Below, piece by piece: positions 26,440 to 40,812 of a stretch of 62,000 nucleotides of DNA (the first letter of the stretch is position 1; the number at the start of each line of letters is the position of its first letter). The translations under genes were made by a program, and so were the position numbers. The stretch is taken from the NCBI GenBank assembly GCA_951406725.2, contig OX597819.1, positions 93,330,001-93,392,000 on the forward strand, written 5' to 3'. This DNA comes from Octopus vulgaris. Lineage: Eukaryota. The notes under the pieces were generated by a model, which ran no database searches, was not told the origin of the DNA, and worked only from the letters and a program-made list of their open reading frames with translations.

Positions 26440-26717
26440 TCAAGCACTCGGCTTTATAACTGTTTTTAGTACCTGCAGATATTCATTAATATACACACGT
26501 ACAATCATATATGCGTGGTATTCATTCTGTACGCCTATAGATCAGTAGTCCATGAATTCAACATACATGCAGCGTGCAAACACAGATACACCGTAATATA
26601 TAAAAGTACTTACATATATGTCTGCATGAGAATATACGCACGTATATAGATTTTATACTAGCATTCATAGGTAGACTCATTCACGCAAACATAAGTGTAT
26701 GTATGTGAGCCCTTATA

Positions 26718-26788
<71 letters not shown>

Positions 26789-27342
26789 AATAGTCACATA
26801 TACACATCTTAGTATATGTGTATATGAATGTATATATGTTTGTGTGTATGAGTGTCAACGATCATGTGTGGATCTAGGTACAGTGAGCCATATACATGCA
26901 ACTGTTCATGCATACATATATATAGAGAGCGAGAGAGAGAGACAGACAGAGAGATAAAGAGAATGAGAGAGAGAGAGAGACCGAACTAGTGACAGACAGA
27001 CAGAGAAGCACACAGACACACAAACAGATATATCCCTACATATGTATACATACGCACACACATATATTCACACAAACATATATACATATATATACATACA
27101 TATATACATGTGTGTGTGTATATATGTATATACTCATACATCATAAAATAGTATTCTCATGCATAGAATTTTACACTATATATATATATATATATATACG
27201 TATATATGTGTGTGTTCGTGTGTGTATATATATATATATATATATCTTGCTCTCACAGCTCTTACGTATTCTTCTGCACAGCTGAGATATTCTGTTGAGC
27301 GCACATATCCTTATTCACTTTCTTTGAATTTTTTTAAAGGTT

Positions 27343-27414
<72 letters not shown>

Positions 27415-27607
27415 TGTGCGTGCGTGTGTGTGTGTGTGTGTGTGTCTATGTGCACGCGTGAGTGTCCGGGGGTCACTGGTGGATCATATTAAATTCTTCA
27501 AAAGGAGATAAAACTGATTGATCTTCGTAACGAAGCTGAATCCCATGAGAAAAGGACTTTGGATGTCTCCGGCGTCAGATTCTGATATGTATGCATGTGC
27601 ACCGATA

Positions 27608-27664
<57 letters not shown>

Positions 27665-27782
27665 TTACATTTATTAGATTCAGCAACATATATACATACA
27701 TATTTGAAAGCGTGTATATAAGTCAACACTGACGTATTAACGCATACACATCCGTACGTGTATACACAAGCACACAAGCATA

Positions 27783-27841
<59 letters not shown>

Positions 27842-29308
27842 TATATTTATATACGCATACACACAAATACATTTATACGTATATAATACAGACAGCAATC
27901 CATTCATGCATATATGCTTCCGTCCGTGCATCGATACATATACATACGCTTATACGTAAGTACTGACGGACACAACACACACATACACACACGCGTGCAC
28001 GGACACACACACACGCATACACGCAAACACATATACATATATATAGATATGCATGCGTATATAAACATATGAGCGTGCTCAGATCCATTAATTCCGTTGA
28101 CTTGCTGCTTTTCATGTTAGTATACACGCAAAGAGGCCAGCGAGTTGGCAATATAAAAAGCGCTTTAGACTAAATATTGGACGATATTCAGTTTTAGCTC
28201 TCTCCGTTCGCAGTTCAAATCCTACCGTAATCCAATTAATTTTAATTTCTCCTGCTTTGTTAAAATCGTAAAACTTTTATTGATAAAAGTACTATACAAT
28301 GGGTTAAATTAAACCTTCCATATTTTCGTCCTACATAAATTTTAAGTTTGTTACGCTTTAAACCTAGAGGAAAAAGCGCTCCAACCATAAATGTGCCATT
28401 TTTTTTTCTTCCCGTGTTCAGAAACATTGACATCTATAACTACCTGAGCAGATGTATGCTTCTTTTAAAGAGTATACGCTATTATTTACGAAGGTTTGAG
28501 CGGCCACGTAGGGACACTCTGATGTTTCATTCTTATATGGGAGTGTCTTTTCTCATTATCAAATACTGGCCTGTTGTAACTTTTTTTTATTTGGTTCTAC
28601 ATTGTGAATTATGTATTTTTATTAAAGACGTTAGGGTGTGTAAACTGAGGGAGACTTGGTGCGATTTCTAAAAAATACAACGACTATAAAAATGATGTGT
28701 TTTTGACTGATTTTATATAGATGCGATGATAATTCAATATTATACACGACATATAAAGGTGGGATGTTTATAGCGTGAACTTTCGATGTCTGGATTCGCT
28801 ATTCCTTAGCCGCACGGCTTCAATGTTAAGGAAGTGGATTCGAATATGCCTTTCGTTTCTACCACGACTGGATTTGGTTCCATTTTATTTTTGCCTTTGG
28901 CTGTTCATACCGCTGGTTTCGACTTAGTACAGCAAATTCAGAGGATTCTCATACTTGTCTTATCGCAGAACCATTTTCTGATTTCCCAAGGATCGTAGTA
29001 CCCATGATTATATTTCACGATCTCAAAGCCACTCGCTCCGCAACCCTAATTTCAATTAGCTATTTAATGAAACAAAATTATATTAAATAATTCATTTGTA
29101 CATACATAAACAGGCAGACAGACATATACACAGATATTTAAAAAATAAAAATGGTGAGCACCATCGTTTTTTTTATATAAAATAATTTTTTAGTAATTTT
29201 TTTATTAAAAGACACCATATTTCGCGGTACCTCGGATTTTTCTATCGTACAAATACACTTTGAGAAAACACATCATAAATATATGCGTCTATATACATGC
29301 ATGCATGC

Positions 29309-29417
<109 letters not shown>

Positions 29418-29888
29418 TCTATATACATGCATGCATGCATACATACATACATACATACATACATACATACATACATACATACATACATACATACATACAT
29501 GTATGTATAAGATATTCCTCTTCTCTTAATCCTTTCGAAAAGGAAAATGAATAGATCTGGCAGAATCTTCAATGTCGGCCAGAGCAAAAAAAACGTCTTC
29601 AATATTCAATTATGGTTCTTTACGTAACGTGCTAAGTTCAAATCCCCTCCGAGAATCATTAACATGTCCATGCTTCGGAAGGGAATTGATAAAAAATAAA
29701 AGTACCACTTTGATTGATATTCCTATAATTCATCCCAGACTTGAATAGAGTTATAACTGATGAAGTTGACGAGTAAAAATATGTAAACCTCTGCATATCT
29801 TTAAGGTTTTCATTCTCTTTATAGAAGGCATATTTCTATTGACATCAAGAAATTATATTTCAATAGATACACTGTGTATGTATATATA

Positions 29889-29973
<85 letters not shown>

Positions 29974-30704
29974 TTGTGTGTATAAAACGTTTCCTCTTTC
30001 TCCATGGATCCATTATTTGTAGGCTGATATTGGGTTGTCATTATTGCAGTTGTTGTGTTAGCTTTAGGTCAGACGTGATCTAGCAAACCTACATATGATC
30101 AAAGAGGTCCAGTGGTGACCATCTTGTCTTTTAAAGCGCATGTATAACGTAACGTTGTCTGGTTTTTCATTTTCTTATCAAACATAGCTGAGTGTGGAAT
30201 TTGAGGAACAGAAAAATTAGCTGCTGTTTTTAGATGCCTTTTGTGGACTTGTCACTTCCAAGTTCTTACTGCTTGACCCTAGCAAACCTATGACCAAAAT
30301 CAACCATCTGTGTCAACCCTATCGATTTAGGACTATATATATATAAATACGTACACATAGATATATACGCATAAATATATATATATACACGAACACATAC
30401 ACAAACACATGTTTTAGTGTATGTGCATATGACATTATCTAATACGGTTTTTTCATATATCTGAGTTTGTAGGATGTCATGTGAGGGAAATCTGGCTGCT
30501 ATTTCACGCAAGTCTACCTATTATGTTGAGGTTCCGTCATTGGTGCGTAAAACAACAGATAACATAATAGTATTGTGGTTATCGTTGTTATTGTTTTAAG
30601 TTTAACCTAAATCGGGCATATATATATATACGCACATATATATTAACGTATTTGCGTGTCTGTGTGTGTGTATGTGTGAATTTGTTCATTCATAAATGTG
30701 CACA

Positions 30705-30755
<51 letters not shown>

Positions 30756-31264
30756 TTTATATATATGTATATGTGTGTATACATGTATAGTGTGTATATA
30801 TGTATATGTATGTATATATGTATATGTATATATGTATGTATATATGTATATGTATATATGTATGTATGTATATATGTATATGTATGTAAGTATGTATATA
30901 TATATGTATGTATGTATATGCATGTATATGTATGTATACATATGTATATATATATATATGCATATATATGTATGTATATATTTATGTATGTATATATGTA
31001 TGTATGTATATGTATGTATGTATGTATGTATATGTATGTATGTATGTATACGTATGTATGTATGTATATGTATGTATATGTATGCATATGTATGTATGTA
31101 TGTATATGTATGTATGTATATGTATGTATCTATATGTATATGTATGTATATGTATGTATGTAAATGAATGTATGTATATGAATGTATGTATATGAATGTA
31201 TGTATATGTATGTATAAATATGTATGTATATATATGTATATATATGTATGTATATATTTGTATG

Positions 31265-31297
<33 letters not shown>

Positions 31298-31304
31298 GTA
31301 TATA

Positions 31305-31378
<74 letters not shown>

Positions 31379-32128
31379 TATATGTTTGTATGTATATATA
31401 TATGGGTCGAACTATCACCGTGAAGGATCCCCCTCGTTCTCGTTTTGCTCATAACAATATAATAGATAATATAACAGTTTTATTTAAAGAGGAGAGAAGG
31501 GAAAGATGTGTGTTACCAGGTTAAGATTGTCTAGGTCTTATTTTATTGCCTTCCTGCTGGTTTTCCCTTTGAAATATATCAAAGGATCGCTTGCCTTAAA
31601 CGAGCATGAATATCGATTTTTTTTTTAGGTTATATTCTTTGTTTGTTTGTTTGGTTTTTTTCATCCTTTTTTTTATGATTATTTATTTATTTTTTTATTC
31701 CGTTTTATTTACATATTTATGATTTTCATGCAATTCCGTCTTTATAGCTTTATAGCTGTCATTTTCTCGCTGTTGCTATTTGTCATTCGCTTTTCCTTTC
31801 GCGTTGCTTTCTCTATCGCTATACCACTTTCTCTCTCTAATACTTTGCTTCATCCTTTTCTCCTTTCACTCCCTCCCTTTCAATTCTGACCCTCTCTTTC
31901 TCTCACCCGGTCATTCTCTCTCTGATTCCCTTTTATGCTGCATATCTTCAACATTTCATTTTTTTCCCTACTATATCGTTGACATATGCCTTCCGTATTT
32001 TTCTCTTCCTCTCCCTCGGTCAGTTCAACTTTTTCGCTTTCTTCTCAAACTCTCCCCTTCTTTCTTTTATTTCCGTGATGTCTATATATGTTATATGTAT
32101 AAACATATGTGTCTGTGTATATATATAT

Positions 32129-32164
<36 letters not shown>

Positions 32165-32244
32165 TATATGTGTATACATATACATATATATGTGTGTGTG
32201 TGTGTATGTATATATATGTGCATACATATACATATATGTGTGTG

Positions 32245-32279
<35 letters not shown>

Positions 32280-32442
32280 ATACACACGCACACACACATA
32301 TATAAGTATGTAAATATGTATGTATGTATGCACTAGTTGCGTGCGTATAGGTCTTGACATAAGTTATGCATATGGGCAAAAAGTGATTTCTATAAATTTC
32401 ATCTGCATATAATATACAGACGATTTTTGCACATTCCTGTAT

Positions 32443-32502
<60 letters not shown>

Positions 32503-32658
32503 ACACATACACACATATACACACACATGAATACATGTATCCATACTTACATGTCTATATACAAGTATATGTAGACATCCAAACAAATGTACAAACACAT
32601 ACATAACACATACAATAATATCTATATATATATTCATAGATACATACATACATACATG

Positions 32659-32694
<36 letters not shown>

Positions 32695-32813
32695 TATGCA
32701 TGTGTGTATCTACCTGTCAATATTTCTCATTAAGTGATCCAGTTTGCTTTTTTCCTTTCAATATTTTCCTATTCTCTCTATCGCTCTCACCTGACTATAG
32801 CTTTCTTGATCTT

Positions 32814-32847
<34 letters not shown>

Positions 32848-33008
32848 TCTCTCTCTCTCTCTCTCTCTCTCATATTTGTTCGGTTCTCTCTTCCTGTCTT
32901 TATATCGCAATCATAAAAATATCTGTGTACATTTTCATGTCCCTTTCATGTCCCTGGAAAGTATTTGTCTTTCTCAATACTTCGTTGTTTCCTTACCCCA
33001 CACACACA

Positions 33009-33039
<31 letters not shown>

Positions 33040-33117
33040 TCCTCTCTCTCTCTCCCTCTCTCTCTTTCCTCTCTTTCCCTCTCGCTCTCCCCCCTCACAC
33101 TCTATTTGTATGTATGA

Positions 33118-33161
<44 letters not shown>

Positions 33162-33163
33162 AC

Positions 33164-33226
<63 letters not shown>

Positions 33227-34568
33227 GTTTATACTTACATATATATATATATATGTATATATATATACATGAACACACATACAAACAAACATATGTATGT
33301 ATGTGTGCATGTATAGTATGTTAGTGAAAGTACATTGTTACTTCAAACTTCTCGTTCAGTTTATGCCAACTGATCTTCAGACAGCAAAATCAAACGGTTT
33401 CTAAAATATTCTTCCCATTAAATAGGTTCCTGATGTGTTTTCCGTATTGCATTTTGGGTTAACAAGAAGTTGAAAGGTGAATAACTCGTTGCATATAAAT
33501 ATTCCATCAAGCGGGATTTTTCTTTGTGTTAGTTAGAAATATATGACTAAGTTCTAATAACAATATATGACTAAGAAAAGAAGGAGAATAAATTATTGGT
33601 ATATGAAGTTACTAAAGTGTTAAAATGTTATTTGGAGATTTGGGCCTATAGATATAATAAACTACTCAGGAAAGTGTCATAACCTTCTCAAATTTAATTC
33701 GCAAATGTGTACGAATGCTATGAAAGCTCACCTGTATTATTCAAACTCCTGCCATCCAACAACAGTTTTTATAACCTTTATTATTAACATCAGTAAATTA
33801 TGATATAACATGTTATTGAACAACGGAATTTTCCACAATAAAACTCAAGAAGCTTGTGGCTTGAGAAATCATGTCTCTCCAGCCTATATCATCCAAAATC
33901 AAAAAGATACACCGAAAATATTATTTGGTTCACAATTGTCATTTCTTTAAACATTAAGTCTAATATCCCTAAAAGGTTCTAATAAATATTAATATTTTAA
34001 TCAAACACCGATACAGAAAATTATTCAACAGAAACAAGCTTAAACTTAGTTACAACTGTACTACAAGTATGAAATAGTCTAATGAGCTCACAACATGCAG
34101 AAATACTAATTGTCGCCGTTTTACAGATTTTGCAATGCTGAAGTGGTAATATATAAAATAGAAGTCACCTCCACCAAACCAAACCGTTACACCATGACTA
34201 AATACTTCGCAGGAATGACGGCGTGTAAATTTAAACACTGATAGTTGAACCATACCGTTTTTTTTCTAGCAATCTAGAAATGAAGTATACAATAAAAATC
34301 ACATCTGGAATTTGACGAAAATTCTTCTGATTTCACCATAAGAGAGATGTTCCAGAGATGCAAGGCATCAAGAGATAAGTCAAATTTTATGGGTTGTGTG
34401 AGACTGAGTTGAGCTTCATCTTTAAAAATGCCGTTAATAAGTCTGCAACCTATTTAAATGTCAGATCAGATTTCTTCACTAAATGTCGCCACTTCAGCAA
34501 GTACCTCCTACAGCACTGCAATGTTACACCAGCAGTTGATTGAATACTTAACTATTTACCAAGTACAA

Positions 34569-34613
<45 letters not shown>

Positions 34614-35404
34614 ACTGTGCTTCCCATTCTTTCACCCCTCTCTTTTCTTCTCTCCTAAGCGATGAATACACACTCCTTATTTCATAATAATTCATAACGA
34701 TATTTCTTTTGATATTCTCAAATATTTCATACTGATTTCCGTATGCCAGATTAGATCAATAATTATTTACTAAGGACCACCAAACACTTTCTCTCTCTCC
34801 TTCTATATCTCTTTACTCTCTTTCTCTTTTCCTCTTCAGTTGTAGCACACATTTAGGTATTGGTCATCTCATTACACTTTATGCTATTGCATTCTTTGAT
34901 ATCATATATTTTCAACACCTCATAACACTTCATATTCATTTTCATTTAGCACCTTTTAATCCTGACCCTCCCCTACACTTTTACCTTTCCTCCATTTCCC
35001 TTAATCCTATATTTTTAAGTACTTTACATTCAAACGTTTTTAAGCCTTAAACTTCACTGTATGGAACTACCTAATTAATATAACCCACTTCTAAAAATAT
35101 TTATACGTAACGATTGAAACTCTCCATAATTTTTCATTTCATTAAATGCAGCAATGATATTCTGTATAGCACGAATATTTTTCACGGATATGACAGAAAC
35201 TAGTTTAAATAAATTCGTTCGACGATTACTAGGCTTTACTAAGAATGAAACTTGCAGTTACGATATATTAACATTAATGGACTTTACCATTTCAAATATA
35301 CTTCACTGTGCAATATGTATTCAGGACTTTAATTACATTAGTAATAAACAACTACAACAGTCACTCATCACACACACATATATGTGTGGTGGTGGTGGGG
35401 GAGA

Positions 35405-35715
35405 AGTTGTTCTTGAGTTTGAAAATGCACCGAAATCTCAAAAAGTATAGTCGTTATTAAATTTCGACAACTTTTTTCTTATCAATGGTACAAATAAATG
35501 AAATAAAGTGTTTAGGAGAGTTTAAAGTTACAGGGTAATTCTATTTATTTATTTGTACCATTAGTAAAAAAAAAATGTTGAAACCGGTTTGGTTATTTGA
35601 TTAAATCTATTACAAAATTTTAAAATGACTACACGTTTTCAGATTCAGGTGTATTTTCAAACCTCAAAACAAATTCTTCTATATTTTCTCCTGCGCTGGA
35701 ATACACTTCTCTCCA
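35405..35715. mobile_element. Decayed fold-back element related to the 13.9-14.55 kb element
   Basis: GAAAATGCACCGAAATCT / AGATTCAGGTGTATTTTC and TCAATGGTACAAATAAAT / ATTTATTTGTACCATTAG are inverted. A degenerate hammerhead ACCA-TTAGTAA-..-GAA-ACCGGT-T-TGGT lies at 35557-35593. Confidence 0.6.
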
Positions 35716-35961
35716 TATGTATATTTTACATTCTGCGGAGAAATGGCTAACATATATGCTTTCGATAAAACTGTTGCTCCCGCAAAGCAAATTAAATACA
35801 ATTTGAGATTTTGCGGAGGGTCAAAATAGGTAACACAAACAGTACAGTGAAAACAAACAGGAAGGGCTGCTAAGCCTAAACTAGGTTGTGGTGGCGAACG
35901 CGTGAAGTAAGCTAGGACAGGAGACAAACAAACTAACGTCTTCCTTCTTCCAGCTACAACG

Positions 35962-35994
<33 letters not shown>

Positions 35995-36119
35995 TCAATG
36001 GTCACGCGAGAGCCACGGGAGCAAGGGAGGAGGAGTGAGGGAGAGAGAGTGACAGAGTAATAGGATAGAATAGTGGAAGAAGAGAAAGTAAAAGAAATCG
36101 AGAGAGAAAAACGAAGGAG

Positions 36120-36187
<68 letters not shown>

Positions 36188-36286
36188 AAGGGTGGAAAAA
36201 TTGGATATTAATTTAATAATACCATCAATTTAACACCAAGTGGCTTAGCGCATAATTATATATATATATATATATAACAAAATGTA

Positions 36287-36333
<47 letters not shown>

Positions 36334-36451
36334 TACATTTTGTTAAAGCTGCAAAAATTACAAAAAGGCATATTACTCTAATTTTGGTATTGGAGTTCTA
36401 TTTTCAATATTGTTTTACACTTATGTGTACACCTGTATATATATGTGTGTG

Positions 36452-36506
<55 letters not shown>

Positions 36507-37660
36507 TGTGTATGTGTATGTATGTGCGTGTGTGTGTGCCTTTCGGAGCATCCAGCATGTACCCTTTCATTATCAAATTAAAGAATGCTCTGTATGTGAT
36601 CGTGTGTTTGAATGGTGGTCTACCCAAATCTATTTTGGGCTCGTTTCAAATACGTATATGTATCTCCGCCCCCTCTCTCTCTCTCTCTCTATTTCTTTCT
36701 CCATGTGTGTGTGTGTGTGTGTGTGTGTGCAGACCGATATATCAACATAAACAGAGATATATATGGATACAAATACACTATAATAAAATCATGTGTTCAT
36801 AAGACAGGCTGCTTTTAAACGATAACACCTGTGTTACATAGTTACATACAGGTAAGAATCAGCCAAGTAAAAGAGCAGAGAATTCTCCAGTAATTGCTTC
36901 CATTTCTCCATTTTGCCATGTTATAAAAATCACCGTTGCTAAAGCAACTCACCAGCATTGTTAAAAATTGAATAAACTTGGTGAAATCTGCTGTAAAATA
37001 TCCGTTGGTCTTCTTGGCTGCATGCGTTGAGTGGAACTGTGCGTGCTTCTGCACGTGTGTTTCTGTGCGTGTGTGTGTGTGTATATATCTGTGTGTGTGT
37101 GTATATACATGTGTGTGTGAGAGTGTCTTGTGTGTGTGAAGACGTGACATTTAGTCTGCGTAGATTTCCGAACGTGACCTCGTGTATGATTCTGCGTCTG
37201 GTTCTATACGTGACGTTACTGAGCGTGTGTGGTTTTAATCGTGACATCATGTATGTACATCGGAGTCGGTTATTTTAATATGCAATATTGAGTGTACATT
37301 TGTGCATCTATGCATACGTGTGCAAATGTACGCGTATGTATGCATATATGCACATACATGTATCTGTGTTTAGGTAATATTTACGCAGAAATCAGGCACG
37401 TATGCGCTAACAATTTAACAAACTTCGATTATGCGTAACCTCATGTAACTGTGTATCATGTAGGTGTGTGTGCGTGCGAGTGTGTATGTGTGTTGAGTTT
37501 ATTTTAACGCACGCACGAATCAATAATTCAAGACTGGTTGTATGTTTGTGCATGTACGTGAGTTTGTGTCCTTGCGCGTGTGTGTGTATGTATGTATATA
37601 AATACATCATACAGGCAAAAATGAATGCGGGAATATATAAGTATGTATGTACGTGTGTGG

Positions 37661-37869
37661 ATAGGTAGGTAGACATGAGGTAGGTAGGTAGGTAGGTAGG
37701 TAGATAGGTATGAAGGTAGGTAGGTAGGTAGGTAGGTAGGTAGGCAGGTAGGTAGGTAGGTAGGTAGGTAGGTAGGCAGGTAGGCAGGTAGGTAGGTAGG
37801 TAGGTAGGTAGGTAGGTAGGTAGGTAGGTAGGTAGGTAGGTAGGTAGGTAGGTAGGTAGGTAGGTAGGT
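37661..37869 (+). repeat. (GGTA)n tetranucleotide array
   Basis: About 50 TAGG units with a few CAGG variants. Confidence 0.95.
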
Positions 37870-38680
37870 GAATGTGTGTTGGTATGTGGATAAGACGGGG
37901 GTGTGTCCTAGCTCTTAAGGAAGACCATGCAATTTTCAATATCAAAAATATAATTGGAATAAGGTACACAATGTAAGGTGTCTTGTTCCCAGTTGTCTCT
38001 CACAAAAATGAAAGTGTTTTATTAAAATCTAATTTGTTAATTACATTCGTTTATATCTTTGGCGAGCGTTGCTTGCCTTGCATCGTATGTGCACGCATCT
38101 ATATAAGCTGCAAGGAAGAATGGACGCCATGTTAAGAAATTCATTTAGTCTCGATTTCGAGCATGAGACGTTTTGGCGAAGCCATGTCGGCGCCGCCTAT
38201 TTAGAGACGTTGGTTCGGTGCAGTCTTATTTGACATAGAATATTTTCATGTTTTTCCTATTTTAGTATTTCTCTCGTCTTTACTCTCTTTGTCTCTTTCT
38301 CTGCTTATGTATGCGGGCATCTACTTATGTTTCTGTATATTTGTAATGTTTCACATTCAGCGTCTCTTTTAGTCTCTCTATGCCACCTTGCCCTCCCCCT
38401 CTCTCTCTATCTATATATCTATCTATCTCTATCTTTATCTATTTCTCTATCTCTATTGCGTGCGTGAGTGTAAATATATATTTTGTGTTTTCATGCAGAA
38501 AATAAACAGAGTACTCAACACATAAGAGTGTATAGAGTCTTTCCATCAAATATAAAATTTCATGCGATTGATGCCAGTCAACCATTTTCTTGGTTTCACA
38601 GTATTTCACTTGCGTGTTTTCACCTGTACATGCATATACACATATATGTGGATGTGGGTTTATATACATATACGTGTAAG

Positions 38681-38721
<41 letters not shown>

Positions 38722-39174
38722 ATATTCATACATACATACATATGTCTGTGTGCATGCGTATGTATGTATACTTACATAAATATATACATGTTCATAAATA
38801 TAAAAATGCATGTTTACATATATATACATATATATATAAATACACACTCACACACGCGTATACATATACATATGTGTATAAAAATTGTTATGAATCAAAA
38901 AAGTGCAGGAATAAAAGAAATGAAATTGAAAATGCACAAAGAATATATTAAAATTAATTAGAATTTAATTATATTTTTAAATTATGAAATATAGAAATAC
39001 ACGTCACCGGTTTCACATTAGATTTTCAAAAGTATCTAGTAGATGGAACTGTGACACGAATTATATATACTCTCAGTCCATTTCAACTTCATTTCTGATA
39101 TGTATATACATCAATGTAACCACACACTTACTGTTGGCGATTTCTTTTTCTTCTTTGGACTTTTCCTTTTCTCT

Positions 39175-39207
39175 TTTCTGACGAAAAGCTTTGCTCGAAA
39201 CGTCAAA
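39175..39207 (+). ncRNA. Minimal hammerhead-like motif (ACGT palindrome, GUC triplet)
   Basis: TTT-CTGACGA-A-AAGC(TTT)GCTC-GAA-ACGT-C-AAA. The stem II closing pair is mismatched relative to the 43424 copy. Confidence 0.45.
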
Positions 39208-39370
39208 TTCTCTCTTTTTAAGACATTCATTGTGTACACCCTTTTGTCCGTTAATCATATTATTCGGGTTTTTTTTCAAATTTTAAATTGATTGTTTATC
39301 TGATTGTTTATCTGAATTGGCTCCATAACTATCGTCTCGGCCACAACATTGGAGCTCTAGTAATCCGTGT

Positions 39371-39411
<41 letters not shown>

Positions 39412-39595
39412 CACACACATACACACACAAAGTATGGGTGTTTATTTCACAGGTGATCTAAACGATTAGGTACACTAGGTAAGGGTTGTAACGGATTACT
39501 AGGGCTCGAATGTTGTGGCCGAGACGGTAGTTATGGAGCCACTGCAGATTTCCAATAATGCGGATAGATAATTGTTAAAAAAGACAATAAACGTT

Positions 39596-40120
39596 AAGGC
39601 AAGACAAACATCTCGAGTTATATACATTATTATTATTGGAAAAAAATTCTGGGAGTATGGAATATTCCGTCATCAGAGACAAATAGGGAAAATGAGAAAG
39701 GTATAGATTTATGAAATGAAGACATAGAGGACAGGAGTCCTCTATGACATAAAAACTTAAAGAAATAAGGAGATTAAGAGAAAGAAGAAAAAAGAAGCAT
39801 AAAAGTTCACAGTTCAACTTTCTGAAGTTGTAGATATAAGGACTTAGGTACAATCCTGCGTAGATCTATGCATTTCTTTCTACAACATCGGAAAGTTGAA
39901 CTGTGAACTTTTATGCTTCTTTTTCTTCTCTCTCTTCATCTCCTTATTCCTTTACTCCTGTCCCCTTTGTCGTCATTTCATTAATCTATACCCTTCTCGT
40001 TTTTCCTGTTTGTCTCTGATGACGGATCATTCCATACTCTGAGATATCCCAGAAACAGCTGTGAGACTTTGAATTTTTTCCAATAATAATAATATATGAC
40101 TTAAGATGTTTGCCTCCTTA
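39596..40120. mobile_element. Fold-back element with ~240-bp inverted arms (39596-39834 / 39879-40120), PLE-terminus derived
   Basis: AAAAAGAAGCATAAAAGTTCACAGTTCAACTTTC..GTTGTAGA versus TCTACAAC..GAAAGTTGAACTGTGAACTTTTATGCTTCTTTTT. Both arms contain GTCTCTGATGACGG. Confidence 0.85.
40012..40067 (+). ncRNA. Type-I hammerhead-like motif with palindromic stem III; cleavage triplet mutated to GUG
   Basis: GTCT-CTGATGA-C-GGAT..ATCC-CA-GAA-ACAGCTGT-G-AGAC. Confidence 0.5.
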
Positions 40121-40122
40121 GC

Positions 40123-40279
<157 letters not shown>

Positions 40280-40773
40280 TATTATATGCATATATATATT
40301 ATATATATTCACTATGTGTGTGTGTGTCTTTGTGTCTGTGTTTATTCCACCACCACCGCTTGATAACTGGCCTTGGTGTGTATATGTCCCCATCATCTAG
40401 CGGTTCCGCAAAAGAGACGGATAGAATAAGCACCAGGCTTTAAAAAATAAGTACTGTGGTCGATTCATTTGACTAAAAGAATTCTTAAAGGCGGTGCCCA
40501 GTATGGCCGAACATATGGTATAATTATAAACAGGGCAAATTTTAGCCATTTATCCACAAACTAATGTGTGTCTGTCTGTGTGTTTCCCTAAAACTTGATA
40601 ACTACACAACCAATTTCATTCAAATTTTACACATACCTTACTTAGGGTCCATGTAGTGCCATGGGCAGAAATATGTTCAACTTCTTGCCTGGGGCGAGCC
40701 CACAGCAATATCATATCTTCTCCACTATTTCAGTATTACGTGTTAAAAGTGAAACAAAAATATCTCTCAATTG

Positions 40774-40812
<39 letters not shown>

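Noticed and set aside
28895-28945. Minus-strand GAA-ACCAGCGGT-A with upstream CTGAATT
   Set aside because: The core and stem I are too degenerate to call.
33345-33385. Minus-strand CTGAAGA-TCAGTT/AACTGA hairpin as a hammerhead
   Set aside because: No GAAA, stem III or stem I follows.
33400-34500. Long repeat-free AT-rich stretch as a coding region
   Set aside because: All the frames I read have frequent stops and no motif I could assign. It is possibly an old decayed element.
36842-37030. Protein-like minus-strand stretch AAKKTNGYFTADF..WRILCSFTWLIL and a strong + strand CAG|GTAAGA donor at 36850
   Set aside because: No recognisable family, the ORF start lies in a microsatellite, and no convincing partner splice site was seen.
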